Assembly (NCBI RefSeq): GCF_041146345.1
Contig: NW_027191404.1
Coordinates: 1,860,001-1,924,000 of the forward strand
Reading direction: 5' to 3'
DNA length: 64,000 bases
Source: Neodothiora populina
Taxonomy: Eukaryota
Positions 47,824 through 62,400 of this stretch are shown in pieces. A model generated the notes under the pieces. It saw only the letters and a list, made by a program, of their open reading frames with translations. It was not told the DNA's origin and ran no database searches. The first letter of the stretch is position 1, and every line of letters begins with the position of its first letter. The translations under genes and the position numbers were made by a program.

Positions 47824-50392
47824 ATGAGATCAAGGACCGGTTGGTGAGTCGTGCACATTCGCAGTCGCTGATACACCGGCTCATGCCTCGCTAAACCTGC
47901 CTCTAATGACATTCAATGTAGTTTAACATGCCGCAACCGCAAGGTGTGTCGACACGATCAGCCGTATCCGACTTTGACTCATGATTGACGTGTACAGCTC
48001 AAATGCGATGAACAAAAGCCCGTCTGTGGACAATGTACCAAGGCAAATCGAAATTGTGTCGCGAGTCCGGGTGTCATATTTCGACATCAGCAGAACGCAT
48101 CTCTGAATGGGGAGTCCGAGAGCGCAACCCTGTCCACGCTCAGAAACTTCTATGGTTACAAGGAGACATTCGGCAAAGATAACATCTGGGTAGCTGTGCC
48201 GAAGCAACGTGAGAGAAATGGAACGTCAAGTGATATACCTCTGTGTTGATCTAATAATTTGCCCTAGTGACATTTGTAAACACTACAAATCCATACAAAG
48301 ACCCAGGGTCTCCGATACCAAACTCGCCCCGTTATGCGACGCAGGCTGAACCGCCAGACCCATCTCATGAGTACGTAGCTTGGAGAGCAGAAGCAGGAAA
48401 TGGCGCCTACAGCACAGCTCAAGGGGCCACAACTGGCCTGGAGGCATTGTCTGCAGCCGCCTCAGGTGATTCATATCTTGACACGATGCGTGAGTCCAAT
48501 CGACCATCCTTGACGCCGCGGATTGCAGCAACCCAGGCGACGACACATCTAGCATCTGCTGGTGACTTATCACCACTTATTGACCCACAATTCCACGATT
48601 CTATCAATAATCCACTCCGTCAATCGCACAGCACTGCGATCTCATTGCTTGATGATCAAACTGCTCTAGAGGACTTCAAGCACGATGACGATGTGCCCTT
48701 ACTGCTCAGGTTCTTCTCCGAAGGACCAGGCGCATGGATGGACCTTTTCGACCAGCACTCGTACTTCTCGGTACATCTACCTGTCAAGGCGACGTCTTGT
48801 CCTATGCTGTTGTATGCCGCAATCGCACTGTCAGCGAAAGCACTCGCATACACACGAGTCTCCGCTCATTATGTCCGGCTTCCCGCTACTAAGCACACTC
48901 CCTCGAAATGGCTACACAAGGCACGCCTTTTCTATAATCGAGCCATTGGTCTGTTGAGGCATGCTTTAGACCATGGAACCGTGCCCGGGATGCCGGAAGG
49001 GTCTGCTGTTCGCACTTCTGATCAGCAAGATGCATGTCCGATCACAATTGTCGCAACTAACAGCATTGGGCAAAGTCACCTTGACCCTGACCTAGACACG
49101 CAAACAAATGGTGGGGATTGTTTGTTTCCGAGGACCGATTCAAATGAGCTCCTAGCAACAACGGCTGTCTTATGTGTCTACGAGTTCCTTGATGCGTCTA
49201 GTGTAGAGTGGTCCCGTCACCTTGATGGCGCCAAAAGTCTGTTCGAAATCGCGACTGATGGTGCCCTACCCCTGATGGTTGCTCTACCAGAGCAGATAAC
49301 ATATGAATCATCTTCTAGCAGAGCCAGAAGGGCTATATTCTGGAATATATGTAGACAAGAGATGATCGATGCGTGTAAGCGACAAACATGAGCCTATCCT
49401 AACAATTTCCCTACTAACACTAGATACTGTAGTCATTAGCAACAAATCTACACGTCTGGATACGTCGGACATTACGATCTGGCAGGCCGCCGGTCTACAT
49501 ATATCGTCATCGGGCTACGTCCTTCCTTCGAACCGGCCTGACGTATGCAAGCCAATGGAAGACGACATGGTTGCGAACGCGCTGATCTGGCTGATCATGA
49601 AGCTTGTCAACTTCATTGCTGCTGGCGATGAGTTCCCGCACGAACTTGGCCTTGGGATAAGACAGAAACAGCTGCTCGACTATTGGGAGGATCTAGAGAA
49701 GCAATTAGATGCTTGGCACGAAGGACTTCCGGATAGCTTCCGACCAACGTCGACGGTTTGGCCTAGAGACAGCAAGGTAGGTTTCCGGATATAGACGAAT
49801 CCTAATAACGATGTGGGGACGGACTGACACTGCGACGCAGAACGAGCTCTGTAGCCCCATAAACATTCCAAAGCAATGGTATGCGCGACCGTTGTGCGCA
49901 TCCGCGATGCAGTCATTCCATTTTGCGAAGATACAGTTATGGGCGAACAAACCCCATCTGTCGACTGGACTTCCATACACCGGGTCGCCGAGCACGAGTC
50001 AGAGAGGGTCGTCGTCGGCTGGCGTGACTCCCTCGTCGTTGGCGCAGCGGCATGCGTCGTATATGACTATACTACGAGAAAGCAAAAGACACGCCGAAGA
50101 CATTGTCGGCATCAGTCTAGCACTCACGAGCGACAGTGCTCGAGTACACAGTGTACAGCCACTATTCACCGCAGGTCAAGTCCTCGGCAACGAGGCAAAC
50201 GAGGGCGAGTCGAAAGCCGTGGACGAGATCAGAAGATGCATTCTCGATCTTCTACAGGGCGTACAGCGGGAAACAGGGTGGGCGACAGAGTATCGCATGC
50301 GAAACCTGCTTGAGATTTGGCATTGGCCTGGTGGAGAAAGAGCACGTGCAGATCCGAGTATCAGTAGTGATAGTAGTGTGGATCACCCGTGA
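47824..50392 (+). CDS. Zn2Cys6 binuclear cluster transcription factor (at least 6 exons)
   Basis: Spliced MRSRTGC|LTCRNRK|LKCDEQKPVCGQCTKANRNC, plus a fungal TF domain (GPGAWMDLFD, LCVYEFL, WSRHLDG, AIFWN). The true start may lie in an upstream exon. Confidence 0.85.
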
Positions 50393-52840
50393 CGGGAACG
50401 TGTATTTGCAAGCAAGCACTCTTGACGGCACACAAACAGTAGTTCAGAAGAGCGCCTCCACTCACTCGCTCGCTCGACTCGCGCGCCAAGTCCTGTCAGC
50501 TAGATAAGCGGGACAGCGGGTATTTCAGTAAACATTGCCAATAATAAACGGGCGAGTCAGAGAGAAACGCATATCGTGTCCAAATGTCCATGTAAGAAAA
50601 GACCGTAATTCCCGAAATGGCGTTCTCTGTCTACCGTAATCACTGTACGCTTGTAAGAGTAGTGAGTAGCGCAAGGTCCTGTGGTTCACCACCTCATGCT
50701 GGCGAGAAGGGAAAAGCGCCACGGATAATCCTAGTGGCAGCGGCACAACACGACAGTACTATAGATGTCACTCTTAAAGTAGACAAAGGCAGGGCTTCAA
50801 TAATGTCAAAGGGTCAGAACAGGCCTGATAAGTCCCGGGACTTAGTGAGCCAAATGCGATAGGCTTTTGCGGCTCCCTCCCCATCGACATAAATCTTGGT
50901 CACCACAGCCAAAGAAGTCGGCCCGCACAAAGAGGTTCAAGAAGGCTGTGTCCATCAATTACTAGAGGCTTATGGCCGGCTGCTCGGCCGCCCACGGGTC
51001 AATGTGTCTTTTTCCATGTCCCGTTTTGTACAGAGCAGGGATACACTATGATGCGACATGGCGCCCGCAGGGGTGGAAGGGGATCCCCGTGTGTGGGATT
51101 TGACACGGCGGGTTACAGAAGCAAAACGTTGGATGGCTTTATGTACAGTGGGTTCTTCCCAGTGTCTCGTTTTTAAGCAGAGAAGCTATCGTGAGAGATT
51201 TGCAAAGGGGTCGGAAACTGTTTCATTAGCAGTTCTATGGAAATGTTGCGTGTTTGTGTCTCTGTATGTGGGGGCGTGGAGAGACAAGAAATGGGCGCGG
51301 AGGAAATGTGGGTAGGTCGGTGGATTGCCTTGATGAGGAGCGAATAAGGGCTCGACTGAGGGCAGAGACGAGAGATGAGAGAACGAGAGTCTCATGTACC
51401 CCACTTCATATGGGTTATTTGGTTAGTCGCGCATGTAACTTCGATCCCAGGAATCACTCTCGAGCAGGGAAAATTAAATTGCCGGAAGGATAATGCAGGA
51501 CCCATATGAAATACCGACGGCAGGATAATGTGTGCGGGAAAAGTCTCGTCAACCAGGAGATTCGCGAATTATCTTCATTGTGCTTCATGGGCATACATCT
51601 GATTTCCTCGATTCCTGGTTGAGCAAGCAGTCGAGTCAGGCTGTTGCGCGGAGAGACAGTGTAGTCAGTAGATGAACGACCGTTACAAGATCCATCGTGC
51701 ATCGAGAGTAAGATGCCAACGTCTTGAATTTACCCTAGGCTGCTCTGACCCTATCGTGGTTCTGTCCCACGTACCTACCTTGCTGTACCTTGCCGTCTAC
51801 AGCATCACCTTATCAGTTGGTCCACGTCCTTGTCGACAGGGATCGTCGAGAGTTGGGACAAATACAGTATGCGCCTGCTGTACTTGTATATGCATGCCAC
51901 TTGACGACATTCAACGTTTGGCTGTTTGGACGGGACGATTGAATATCAGTCGTTTTCTGGACGAACTCGTCGAGGGGCCCGATGATTTGACTACCTAATT
52001 ACGGTAGCCTCAGTTCACTCCCATACTGTTATATTTTAAGGTACTCCGGAGATGTGAGATGACAACGATGATGATTGGATTCGTGCAATAGTGTTGGTCT
52101 GTGCGGCAAGGTCTCGAGCATAGACTCGAATGTTGCACGAGAGGACCTCGTGTAGGGTTTGCAGGGCGGGTGTACCTAGCCTACCGTACCTACAGTACCT
52201 TACCTATCTGTTCCAACTCGTACATGCGTGGTGGGTAGGATAGGCTTAGGTCGGGGAGGGGAAGGTGGAAAAAGATGATGTGCTGACTCCGCTTTGGATT
52301 GCCAATACTGTACAGTACATAAGGTATCCAGACGGCGGTCGCACCCGTGGCTGGTCATGGATCGATCCTTGCCCACCCATTGACAGGTTGAATCATACAG
52401 TATGGTGGCGTGTCGTCTTCCATTTCCTTGACTGCCTTTTGCCCTCGCATGACAACAAAGAATTGGTGGAGTTCTCTGCGCAAGACTGGAGAACAGACAG
52501 AAAAGAAAAAAGGTCTCATGACAATCACCATACATACGCGCTGTGACAGTCATACAAGATACATATGAACAAGAGAGGATCCGGCCCTTCTTGCTGAGCT
52601 TGCCTCTCATCATCACCCGCTTTCGTTCAGTGCTGTGTGGGAAAAGCACTGGCCCGGCAAAGTGCCTCGAGGCTTGCAAAACTCGGGAGCATCTCGAACG
52701 ATTGAATTAGCACAAAGCTAAATTGAATCTCTCCACACGCAATCACGTACAGCTAGACGCTTGTGCACGCCGCTTACAAGTCGCCTTTCAGCGTGAGAAA
52801 GGACGACTTCCTTGGGTGGGTAAGCGCATACCGCCGAGAA

Positions 52841-52950
52841 GAGAGAGAGAGAGAGAGAGACTTTTGGACTTACAGTCCAGACGTTGTCACGCACTGTACT
52901 CGCACTCGCACTCGCACTCGCAGTTCTTGGTTCTTGGTTCTTGGTTCCTG
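52841..52950. repeat. Compound simple repeats (GA)10, (ACTCGC)4 and (GTTCTTG)3-4 upstream of the Spt23/Mga2-like gene
   Basis: Read directly from the sequence. Confidence 0.9.
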
Positions 52951-53551
52951 TTCTTACTCGAAAGTCTGCACCCACACACCCACATTCTGCGGTCTTGCAA
53001 GCTCCGCCCGCCATACTGTGTTGTCCCACAAACACTCTTCTCCTCTCCACCACTCCTTAGCACTTCTGTCTTCCTCTCTTCGTAGCTTCCCCATTCAATT
53101 CGACTCTCGACCCCGACACCTGCCAATAAATTGCCATTCGCCCCTTGCGCTTGCGTGCAATTATGGATACATGATGCGAGAGAGCACGACCGCCGACCTT
53201 GCACCACCCTCCGCCCAGAAGTGTATCTGATCGCGCTCGGCGACGAAATCCCCGCAAGCCCGCCGCCGCCGCAATTCGAGCCACCTCCACTCCCCCCTCA
53301 GCCTGAGCCTGCATATCAAGCATTAAAGCACTAAACTACTCGGTGTGCGCTTTCCAAGTGCTCCGGAGACGTCACGGTGCGACACAACTCGCCCCTTCCA
53401 CCGCACAAAACCCCGTAGTGTTGCGGTTTTCGTCCTCTTGCTTCGCCCCCAGACGACGAGCGAGAGTAGGTAGTCGGAGTGAGCGTGCGTCCATCGTCAC
53501 TTATTCACCCACTCTTTCTTAAATTCGCCTCATTCCACCTCTCTCTTCACC

Positions 53552-56500
53552 ATGGCGTCAGACTCCAATCCCCATGTGGTGCAGGACGCCGACATGTCCA
53601 TGTGGGACGACCCCTCGTTCACAAATCTATACGACAATTTCGGCGCAGCATCCGCCGAGTCTCCTTTCGATGGCAGTCGCCTTTTCGACATTAACGCTGC
53701 TGGTGCCGCCGACAGTCCTGGCTTTGCGGTCAGAAACACCCTCGAAGACGATGCCGCAAAGCCTAACCACAGCACGCAACCTTTCCACACTCGTTCCCTC
53801 GTGTCGTCGCGGTCGGCCGAGAGTTCATCACAGGACTCAGCCTCGGAGACGAGTACGCGGAAGCGCCAGAACACCTCTGCCACCTCCGAGTCACCGCCGG
53901 CTGCGCATTTCCCCATCATCAAGGGAGAGTTTGATGGCAAGCAGTTCTCGACCAACGGTGCAGACGGTGGCAACAATCCGGCATTCATCCAGAACTTTGG
54001 CCGTTCCATGCACAACCTGTCTCTCGAGCCCGACTTTGTCAATGGCAACACATCGCAGACAATGGCTTCGACGCATTTTGATTTTGACAGCGCCGCCAGC
54101 AGCCCCGGCGGGGGCAACATGGAAATGTCCGACGCCATGTACACCGCTCAGATCCAGGCGCAAATGAGGAAGCCACGAAACATCGACAGCCGCCACCAGA
54201 ATGATCCTGCTGTGAGTTGGACAAGTCCGATAGGATGGTGTCACTGTTGCAGTGTAGGGAATCGTCTCGCTAACAAGAAATGCCACAGATGGGTACGGTG
54301 GAGCCCTCACAATTCTTCTTCAATTCCAGCACCGCTTCGCCTGCCTCGGTCAAGGCGCCTCAGACCCAAGACGCCTCTCCCAGCGCCATCTTCTCTAACC
54401 CCACTCCTTCATCTGGAGGTGACGACCTCTTCAGCAGCAACCAGCTGTGGAACAACAATGGACAGAACCCAGCATGGACCAACGACTATTCAAGTGCATT
54501 CGCTTCTCCCGGTGGTGCCCTTGGCTTGACACCCTCCCCTGTCATGAACAACGCCACCAAAGCCAGCGTGACAAAGTCTTCGCCTGCTGACGGCAGAATC
54601 CCCCTGCACATTGCTCCCATACCCGCAAAGTCACGAGTCGAGACACAGATCAACATCCGCCTCACGTTAGACTGGGTGCCTCCTGGAGTCAAGAACCTAC
54701 ATCTACCCACGCATACGATCGCAAAGGCAAAGCTACTTGCAAAAGACGCCGTGCCATCTGATGACACACTGGAGCTGCACACGATGCTCGTATGCACGAG
54801 TGCGATGAGCCAATCTCACCTACGCCAGCGAGCTCTGGAGACTGCGGCCGCACAGGACAACGCCGAAATCCAAGCCCGTGGCCAGAGCGGCGCCTTGAAA
54901 AAGGAGGAAGAAGAGGAGCAGGAGGACGACAAGCCCGCCAACGGTGGCGAGGTCCGGATCTGCACGAATTGCATCAACCGAGAGAGAAAGCGCGCTGCAC
55001 GCAAGAAGCTCAAGAAAGAAGAAGAGCAGGCGCACTGGGAGAAGTACGAGACGGAGCGTGTCATCGTCTTCAACACGAACGAGTACAAGTCGTGGCAGGA
55101 GTGGCAGCAATCTCCAGCACCAAAGGAGAACAACAACATGCAGGCGAATGACTATTACCGCCCGCCGGATACTGCTGTGCAGGTCGTCGCTCCGATGCGT
55201 ATAGCCTGCTATTGCCGGCACCAGAACGAAAAGGACGGCTTCCAGTGAGTTGATGCGCCAGAGGCTCCATCTGTCTCTCGGTGATATCCTGCGTCATGTC
55301 AGCTAATCTGTTTGTTCAGGGTCATCTTCACCATCAAGGACCACCAGGGCAACGTTGTCGCCCAAGAGATGTCGGATTCCATTCTGATCACCGACGACCA
55401 CAAGACGCACCCTCTGACGACGGTCGGTGGCCAAGTGTGGTATGACGGTCAATTTCCCCCTCAGGCGGCTGCTCCATATGCTTCACATTCAATGGTCGAC
55501 ATGCACTCGCACGCTCAGGCGTTGCAACAGTCAAAGTCGACTTCGAATCTACCGAGCTACAATCTCATGGGCGGCCAGCCCTTCCATGCGCCAAACAACA
55601 TACATCCGATGACCAATCTGCCATCCCAGCCCGCCTCGGCCTCCATGACGCCACGCAACCTCTCTCGTCCTGCTTCGCCTACGAACGTCAACCAGTGTGG
55701 CCCGAGCAAGAAGCGCAAGTCATCGTCGGCGCATAGAAGGGTGCCTAGCACTCTGACCATGACGCGTGTGGACACAAACCAGTCATTGCCTGGGGCGCCA
55801 ATGTCAGCATCTGCACCTTTCTCACCAACCAGCGCGGGCTTTGTCGGTGATGCGTCGTCTTATGTGTCCATGCCGCATTCTGGTGTGTCGTCTGCTAGAT
55901 CGTCCAGCATTTGCCTCGCAATGCTAACAGGTGACCCAGCTTCACGGGCACAGTTCCACACGGGGCCATCTACTCCGATTGATCAGAACGGCGCATTCGC
56001 ATTTGCTCCTCTGAATCGAACGAATAGCATGGACAGCACCTACGCCTTCTACTCGGCGCCGAGTTCTGCTCATCAAAGCCGTGCGCCGAGCCCGGTCCTT
56101 GTCGGCCCTAACATCGCCGCCTTCCAGAGACAGCAAGCACATGGCGGCGCCAATGCCCTGCCGACGAGGCCAAACCCTTTCAGCATGCCCAGTCAAACCC
56201 TCACCAACACGCTGGGCGACCCGGATCGTCCGCCGCCCATGATCAACAAGATCAATCCAGCCGAGGGTCCCTTGTCTGGCGGCATAGAGGTGTCGATATA
56301 CGGTAGCGGCTTCACTCCCAGCATGACGGTGCTTTTTGGTGATCAAGAGGCCGTGACCACAACTTTCTGGGGCGAGAAGGCACTCGTTGCGCTTTTGCCG
56401 GCAAGTGCCCAGACTGGCAACGTCTCAGTCACCATCGGATCCGGACAACGACAGTTCCCGTCGCCACCAGCGGGACAAGCCCCCGTCTTCAAATATGTCA

Positions 56501-56715
56501 ATAAGGGGCCTGATCTACAGACCATGGAGTTGGCGCTACGCTTCTATAGTCAGAAAGAGACCGGACGGGAAGATCAGTGGCAAGCACTGGCACAATCCGC
56601 TGCGAATGCCTGGATGTCCCAAGGAGGACCCATGGGTTCTGGATCCGCCAATTTCGGCGGGCAACAAAACGTCTTCACAGAGCAAGCCAATGACATGCGA
56701 TTTGCCCAACGATGA
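53552..56715 (+). CDS. SPT23: Spt23/Mga2-like transcription factor with IPT/TIG domain, apparently without ankyrin/TM region (~984 aa)
   Basis: KSRVETQI, LHLPTHTIAK, ICTNCINRERKRAARKK, RIACYCRHQNEK.GF, ILITDDHKT and IPT domain INKINPAEGPLSGGIEVSIYG. Introns 54212-54288, 55245-55319 and probably 55883-55939. Confidence 0.88.
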
Positions 56716-59099
56716 AAGACGAACCGGATGGGTTCTTGTTTCAGGCGCCTGTTTGACTCGCCAACTGTGGCACGTCCACGGGGAGTCCAGGGCAAAACGC
56801 TTCATCGGGAACATGCCAATTGATCTGCGTCATTGCGATTGCGACATGGCTCAGTCTTGAATTGTGCTCGTGAAAACCCTCATCTCAGTCGATCCTTGCA
56901 CTGTACATTTGAGCAAGATTGACGTCCCTAAACTAACCTTCTCGACACTCGCTGTTACCCAACTTTTAAACCATAGAAACCGACAGGCACACTACACTGG
57001 TCGGGATATTTGTAGATCTTCGCCAAAAGGGCATAATACATGACAGACACGAATCATCAACAATATCATCATCACCATCATCAGCGAAACAACCACCACT
57101 TCTATCACCATCCATACAGGGTGCGTGGTAATTCAACGAAACAAATGACGAAAACATTTCCTTATCTTCTTCGCTCCACGTGAAAAGGTCTTGCGATGGT
57201 CTAGCGGCAACCCGTGGCGGGACTTTCTCGTCTTTGGCGGACAAGTATCAAACCTTTCCGCAAAACATACTCGTCCTCATCCTGACACGTCCTTGCGTAC
57301 CATCAACAAGCCTGTCCGTCATTCCTGTTCTTATCTTTGTTCCTCTTTTTGCTTCACACAACATATGACTTGGGGCCTTTTGGTCTTGGCGTCTGCTGTC
57401 TTTTTGTTTTTTGGTTCTGCCTTTTGTTCATGCATGGATACGGTCATATACTCAATGCCTCCTAATTAGGAGTGGCTGGACAGGCAATGCATTTTTTGTC
57501 ATTTTTCGAGTGGCTCACGAATGCACTAGCGTGCGTGTAAGGGAGCGAGGAGACGGGGAAATTGACAGATGATACGCCTTCTCGAGATGGGCTATAGCTC
57601 TGTTCCTTCGTACTCTTCCTGGCCTTTCGTCGCTATCGGAAGACTGCACACACTTACGCTACCCACGTGCATTCGTGGAATAGTCCACATATGATGAGAA
57701 AAGGGCTCAATAGGTCAATAGTAGACCGAAAGGGCACACAGACAAGGTTTAATATTCGCAAAAGAGAGAAGAGAAAAGAAGGCCACGGGAGGATGTACAT
57801 AGCGAAAGACAGGGCACCCTTTGCTATAGCTAGCTAGCTAGATAATCAGCCAGTCCTTGAGGAAGGCGCCTTCTCACCTCCTTCTGTGAATATCTTGCTC
57901 TCTTCCCCCTTCCAAGTCCATCCGATCTCTGGCCCTATCTCTCTCTGATTATCCTCGCTTACTCGGAATCACATGTTCCCTATAGTAGAAGACGAACTTC
58001 AAAAGTGAGGACCAGAATGAATCCTCGACATCCTACAGTAGATAAACGGAATCAAAAAAGAAAAGTGCAGAAGTGCAGAAGTGCTTGTCATTACACACCA
58101 GTCTCCTGATACTGAACTCCCTTGTTTTTGTACAGAATCCACAAATTAACTACAAAACAGTAAAGTACATTACACCGAACTACCGTATCACAACCGCAGC
58201 GCCACGCCATTCCACGCCTCGCTATTACTATGACACGTCCCTATTCTCTCTATACTGACACAAGTAAACGGTACCGAGCTTACCTTGCTCATCCTCTTTT
58301 ACCTCTCTGCTGCGCAGGGTCCCGAGCTAACTGGCTACGGACTATGTGTTATGTGCAGGGAAAAAGAAAAGGCCATTCTGTTTCCCCTTGCTCTTATCAC
58401 GTCACCCTCTCCGGCTTTTTCGTTCTCTCCCTTTCGCTGGGTGCGTATCTACGGCTGTTTATGGCTTCTTAGGCCACGTCGTTGCTGCTGGGTATGTTTT
58501 TTTGATTTTATGTTTTTAAGGCTGGCCCTTCTTTCTTTGTTGGATCAGATGACAGACGGGGATGGGGAGTGTTTCTCAATTCTTTTTCATTCTGTTCATG
58601 TTTAGCCATCTTTTCTTGGACGCATTATTGCCGTCGGCATGGTTTCTGAAAATTTGTTCCTTGGCTGGCTTTTCTTTCTTTTGTCAACAATCGGATGATA
58701 GACGCACGGGGGAATAGGAGGCGTTCTCGGTCTTTATGTTTCTTACCCGTTGTTGTGCCGTCAGTGAGGCATGGGTCTATTTCCTGGTTTGAGGCTTTGC
58801 TCTCGTGATTGGTGAGCATTTTCTTCTGTGGATTAGAACTTTTCCTGCTTTTGGAATGAAGGTGAATGTACAGATTTTTGTTCGATTGTATCTTCTGCGC
58901 AATGTGGGAATTTCATTCAATCTTATTTTCGGCGCAAAAACAGGGGAAAGGTTCACTCTTTGGCCCTGGAGCTTTTAGAGACGCAAGATCAGGGGGAAAA
59001 ATAGTTATGCGAGTTATTTATTGAGACAGCCAGGTAATTATAGGCATGTTCGCGCGATTTTCGAGGTGAAAAAGTGTAAAAGAAATTAGAGCTGGGGAG

Positions 59100-59400
59100 A
59101 GAGATTCAGAGATCAAAAAGTGGAGAAGACGAATAGAAGAACTAGTCTATTGAGATTGGAAGGAGAAGAATAGAAGAAGAAGAGAAGAAGAACGGAAGAA
59201 GAACAAGAACAAAAAGGAGAAGAAAATGATAGAAGAAATGGCGAAAATGGCGAAATGGAGTAGAAGAAATGTAGAAGAAGTAAAGAGATCGACCGGAAAA
59301 TCAAGGAAATAAAAAGAAGAACAACCTTAGAACGCCCGAAGAACTAAAGAACAGACAATATATATGGAAAAGAACGATAGAATAAAGACAACGTATATTA
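59100..59400. repeat. Purine-rich (GAA/AGA) low-complexity tract
   Basis: Strong A/G strand bias with imperfect GAAGAA repeats. Confidence 0.75.
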
Positions 59401-62400
59401 CCAATCAATTTCATTTACTGCTCATAGATACAATATTGCATGCTTGCATTGATATTGCTCTTACGTCGACTTGATATTCTCCACACTGATGATAAAGGCA
59501 TCGGGTCTCGCAGAGAACGTCAACAATCTAATAGCAGCCACAATCGACGTATTCGGTGGGGTATGCGGTCTACTATCCTCGCAGTATGCAGCTGTGATAA
59601 ACGAGCATTCGCTTCTCGTGGCGTTGTGCGCGCATGCGTGCTTGCTGCTTCCTCGACACTACCGTGCGAGCGAAATGCAGAAGGGAGTGAACGGGGCGGT
59701 GTGGGTAAGTATAGCATGCTGTACCAGGTCATGCGGCCAAGAAAATGGGATCGCAACACGCGCTGCAGAGATGCAATCAACACCCTAGGAGGTTGCGGAA
59801 GTGGTTGCCTTTTTACTGTTTGTGGCCATGTTCACTCTGGCTATGCGTAAAAGAGCCATGACACGACAATCAAGGACGAAGGTTTGTAGAACCAGGTGAA
59901 GACTGTGCAGCTGGGGAATGCTTAGCTTAGCTATCAGGCGAAATCGCTCCTTCAATCGGGGCTGTAGCTTGTAATCGACTCCTCCTATAGAAATGTCGCG
60001 TACAAGGATAGATATGATTAGACGACAACGCGAAAATGTTTTCTGAACGTGAAACCAAGGCTATCACAGCCTAGGTCACCGTAGTTGATTTGATCATTTT
60101 TCAGTATATCAGTCGGAAGCACAAAGTACGACGGCTGTACTTTCCTGTGGTACAATATCGGGTCTTTGTACTTTCTCGATCATGTGGCACAGCCACCTGC
60201 CTCTGATATCGGATTGATTGGTCGACCTTGTATGTTTGTTGAGCAGGGGGTGGCTTGACCGTACAAAGACTGGATGAAACTACGCATGACTGAAATCATA
60301 TTGCTTGATCGTGACGTTGGTTCGGTTGTTGTCTTGTCTTTTAGTACTTGAGGGAAACTTGGGTCTACGCAGCAGTGATCCTGCGTGGTCGTCTACTTCG
60401 AGTTGGCTCCGATGCTGTATACGCATGGTGAGGAACGATATGAATTCCGCAAGTAGTGTCCAATGTGGTCAGGAGGAAAAAAGGGGAAGTTCTTATAGAC
60501 GAAGCACTCATAGGCTACGCAACGGGGAGCGATTATCGAATGACATGACAGACCAGCTGCGTGTATTGCTACAACCAATACAACGAGCTTGAGCACCGCC
60601 AATCCGTGGTCAGATGAAAATTCGTTAGAAACATTATCACAGGTACTACACCATTAGGGCGACTCTCAGTGGCAGTGTGGTGCGGTCGTTCTAATGTTAT
60701 CGCCAGTTGAATCGCCGATGTCAATCCTTGATAGATGCGTCGTCACCGGAAGATTCGCCGGAGGTGTGTTTGCTTGCATGGTCAAGTCAAGGGTCATGCC
60801 AGGAAGAGCCTGCATACCTGTGTGCAGCAATATGTCGGAGAGGTAAAGATCTTGTGTGTACAGTGTTATCATGACCTATACACAACTTGATACCCATTTG
60901 CTTGAACCACCGCACTACTGGCTGTACAGCAAGTTGTGCGCGCGCGGCGATGTTCTCGGACACAACGTTGACACTAGAGATGGTTGGTGTTTCGCACTGT
61001 CCCGTTTATCCGGATGGAAAACCGCCCACTGGTGACAATCTAAAGCTACGGGGTTACTGCCCTAGATTAAGGTTGGAACCTCGAGCGACGTATCTTTTCA
61101 TGTTAACGCAATGACAATGATTTCACACCGTCGAGCGCCCGGTCGCATCATGGCACCTTTATCCGTACATTCCAATCAATATTCAATTAGGCTTGAACGG
61201 ATCACAAGTACTTTACTGCATAACACTCTCTGACAGGTCTCATCATCATCTCGGAATCCTATAGCCATCGATGTCGTCAAAGGCACTGAGCCAACTGGCA
61301 CAATGTCTCTCGGTCCACCGTTGCCTTCCTTCGAACGACGACGGCGGCGACTTAAAAAGATCCCGAGGACAGGGGCTTGATTCGCCAACCGAGATGTCAA
61401 GACATGCGCTGCTAGAGCTTGATGGGACCTATGCATGACTCGGTGAGAATGGGCATACCGGGCGTTTGTCCCTCTCCTCTCACTAGCACTCTCCCGATCG
61501 TCCTACGAACCCCATAATTTCGTCGTTGGCGCTCCAAGACTTGAAGCATGGAAGCGATGATCGGAGGGTCTCAGTGAGCCACAGAACTGTTCGCGGACCC
61601 ATAAATCCAGCGCCAACAAGCCCCAACCGCACGTTCCAAGTCTCCAGACCGCCAATGACCTGGCGAGTGGTGTTTCCACACTCTGCACGGCTTTGGCAGT
61701 CTCGAGTACAGTTGCTGCGCTGAGACATCAATCGACAACGTTGCAATTGCTCCCACTCCATAGGGAGCTTCACATAAGGTACGGTGCTTACAGCACATTA
61801 GAGTGCGCTAGTGGAGGCCGGTGAGAGACAGATGTTCGTATTACCTGCCGAATAGCTTTCTGTATAGCGACAAGAATGCATCCAGGTAATATGATACATC
61901 TCATTCTCGAGCGGATCCGTTCCTATACCTCAGCACGACTCGTCTCGAGGTCACATACTGAATTGTCCTCTTGCAGGCCACCAGTTTCCAGTTATAATTT
62001 CGCAGACGCGCGACCTTTATACAAGTGGGGAGATTAAAGCCTGTTGATCTTTCTAGCAATGCGGAGACCATTTGGGCTTGCTAATTGTGAAGCAATACCA
62101 GACAGAGTAGCATATCCACCAGGACGGGCGTGCAGAGCACAGTACCGAAGGGGCTTTGCAGATCTTATTGAAGCTGAGGTCAGCACCAGACCCTATTTGT
62201 TGAAGAGGGCGAATGGCAGCAACTTCCAGAGGCCTTGTCTTGCGCATAAGCGAGATGACATGGCACTGCGAGACATTCGGCCTTAATCCACGTACGCTAC
62301 CCAGTGCATTACAAAGTCTATCCCAAGATTTACAATGCCATGGCCGGCGGCAACTCCGGACACGACGTCGAATATTACAGTATGGCGTGGTCGACGTGAT

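Noticed and set aside
59600..59713. ATACTTACC on the minus strand, resembling a U1 snRNA 5' end
   Set aside because: No U1 70K loop (GATCA.GAAG), ATTGCAC loop or Sm site follows.
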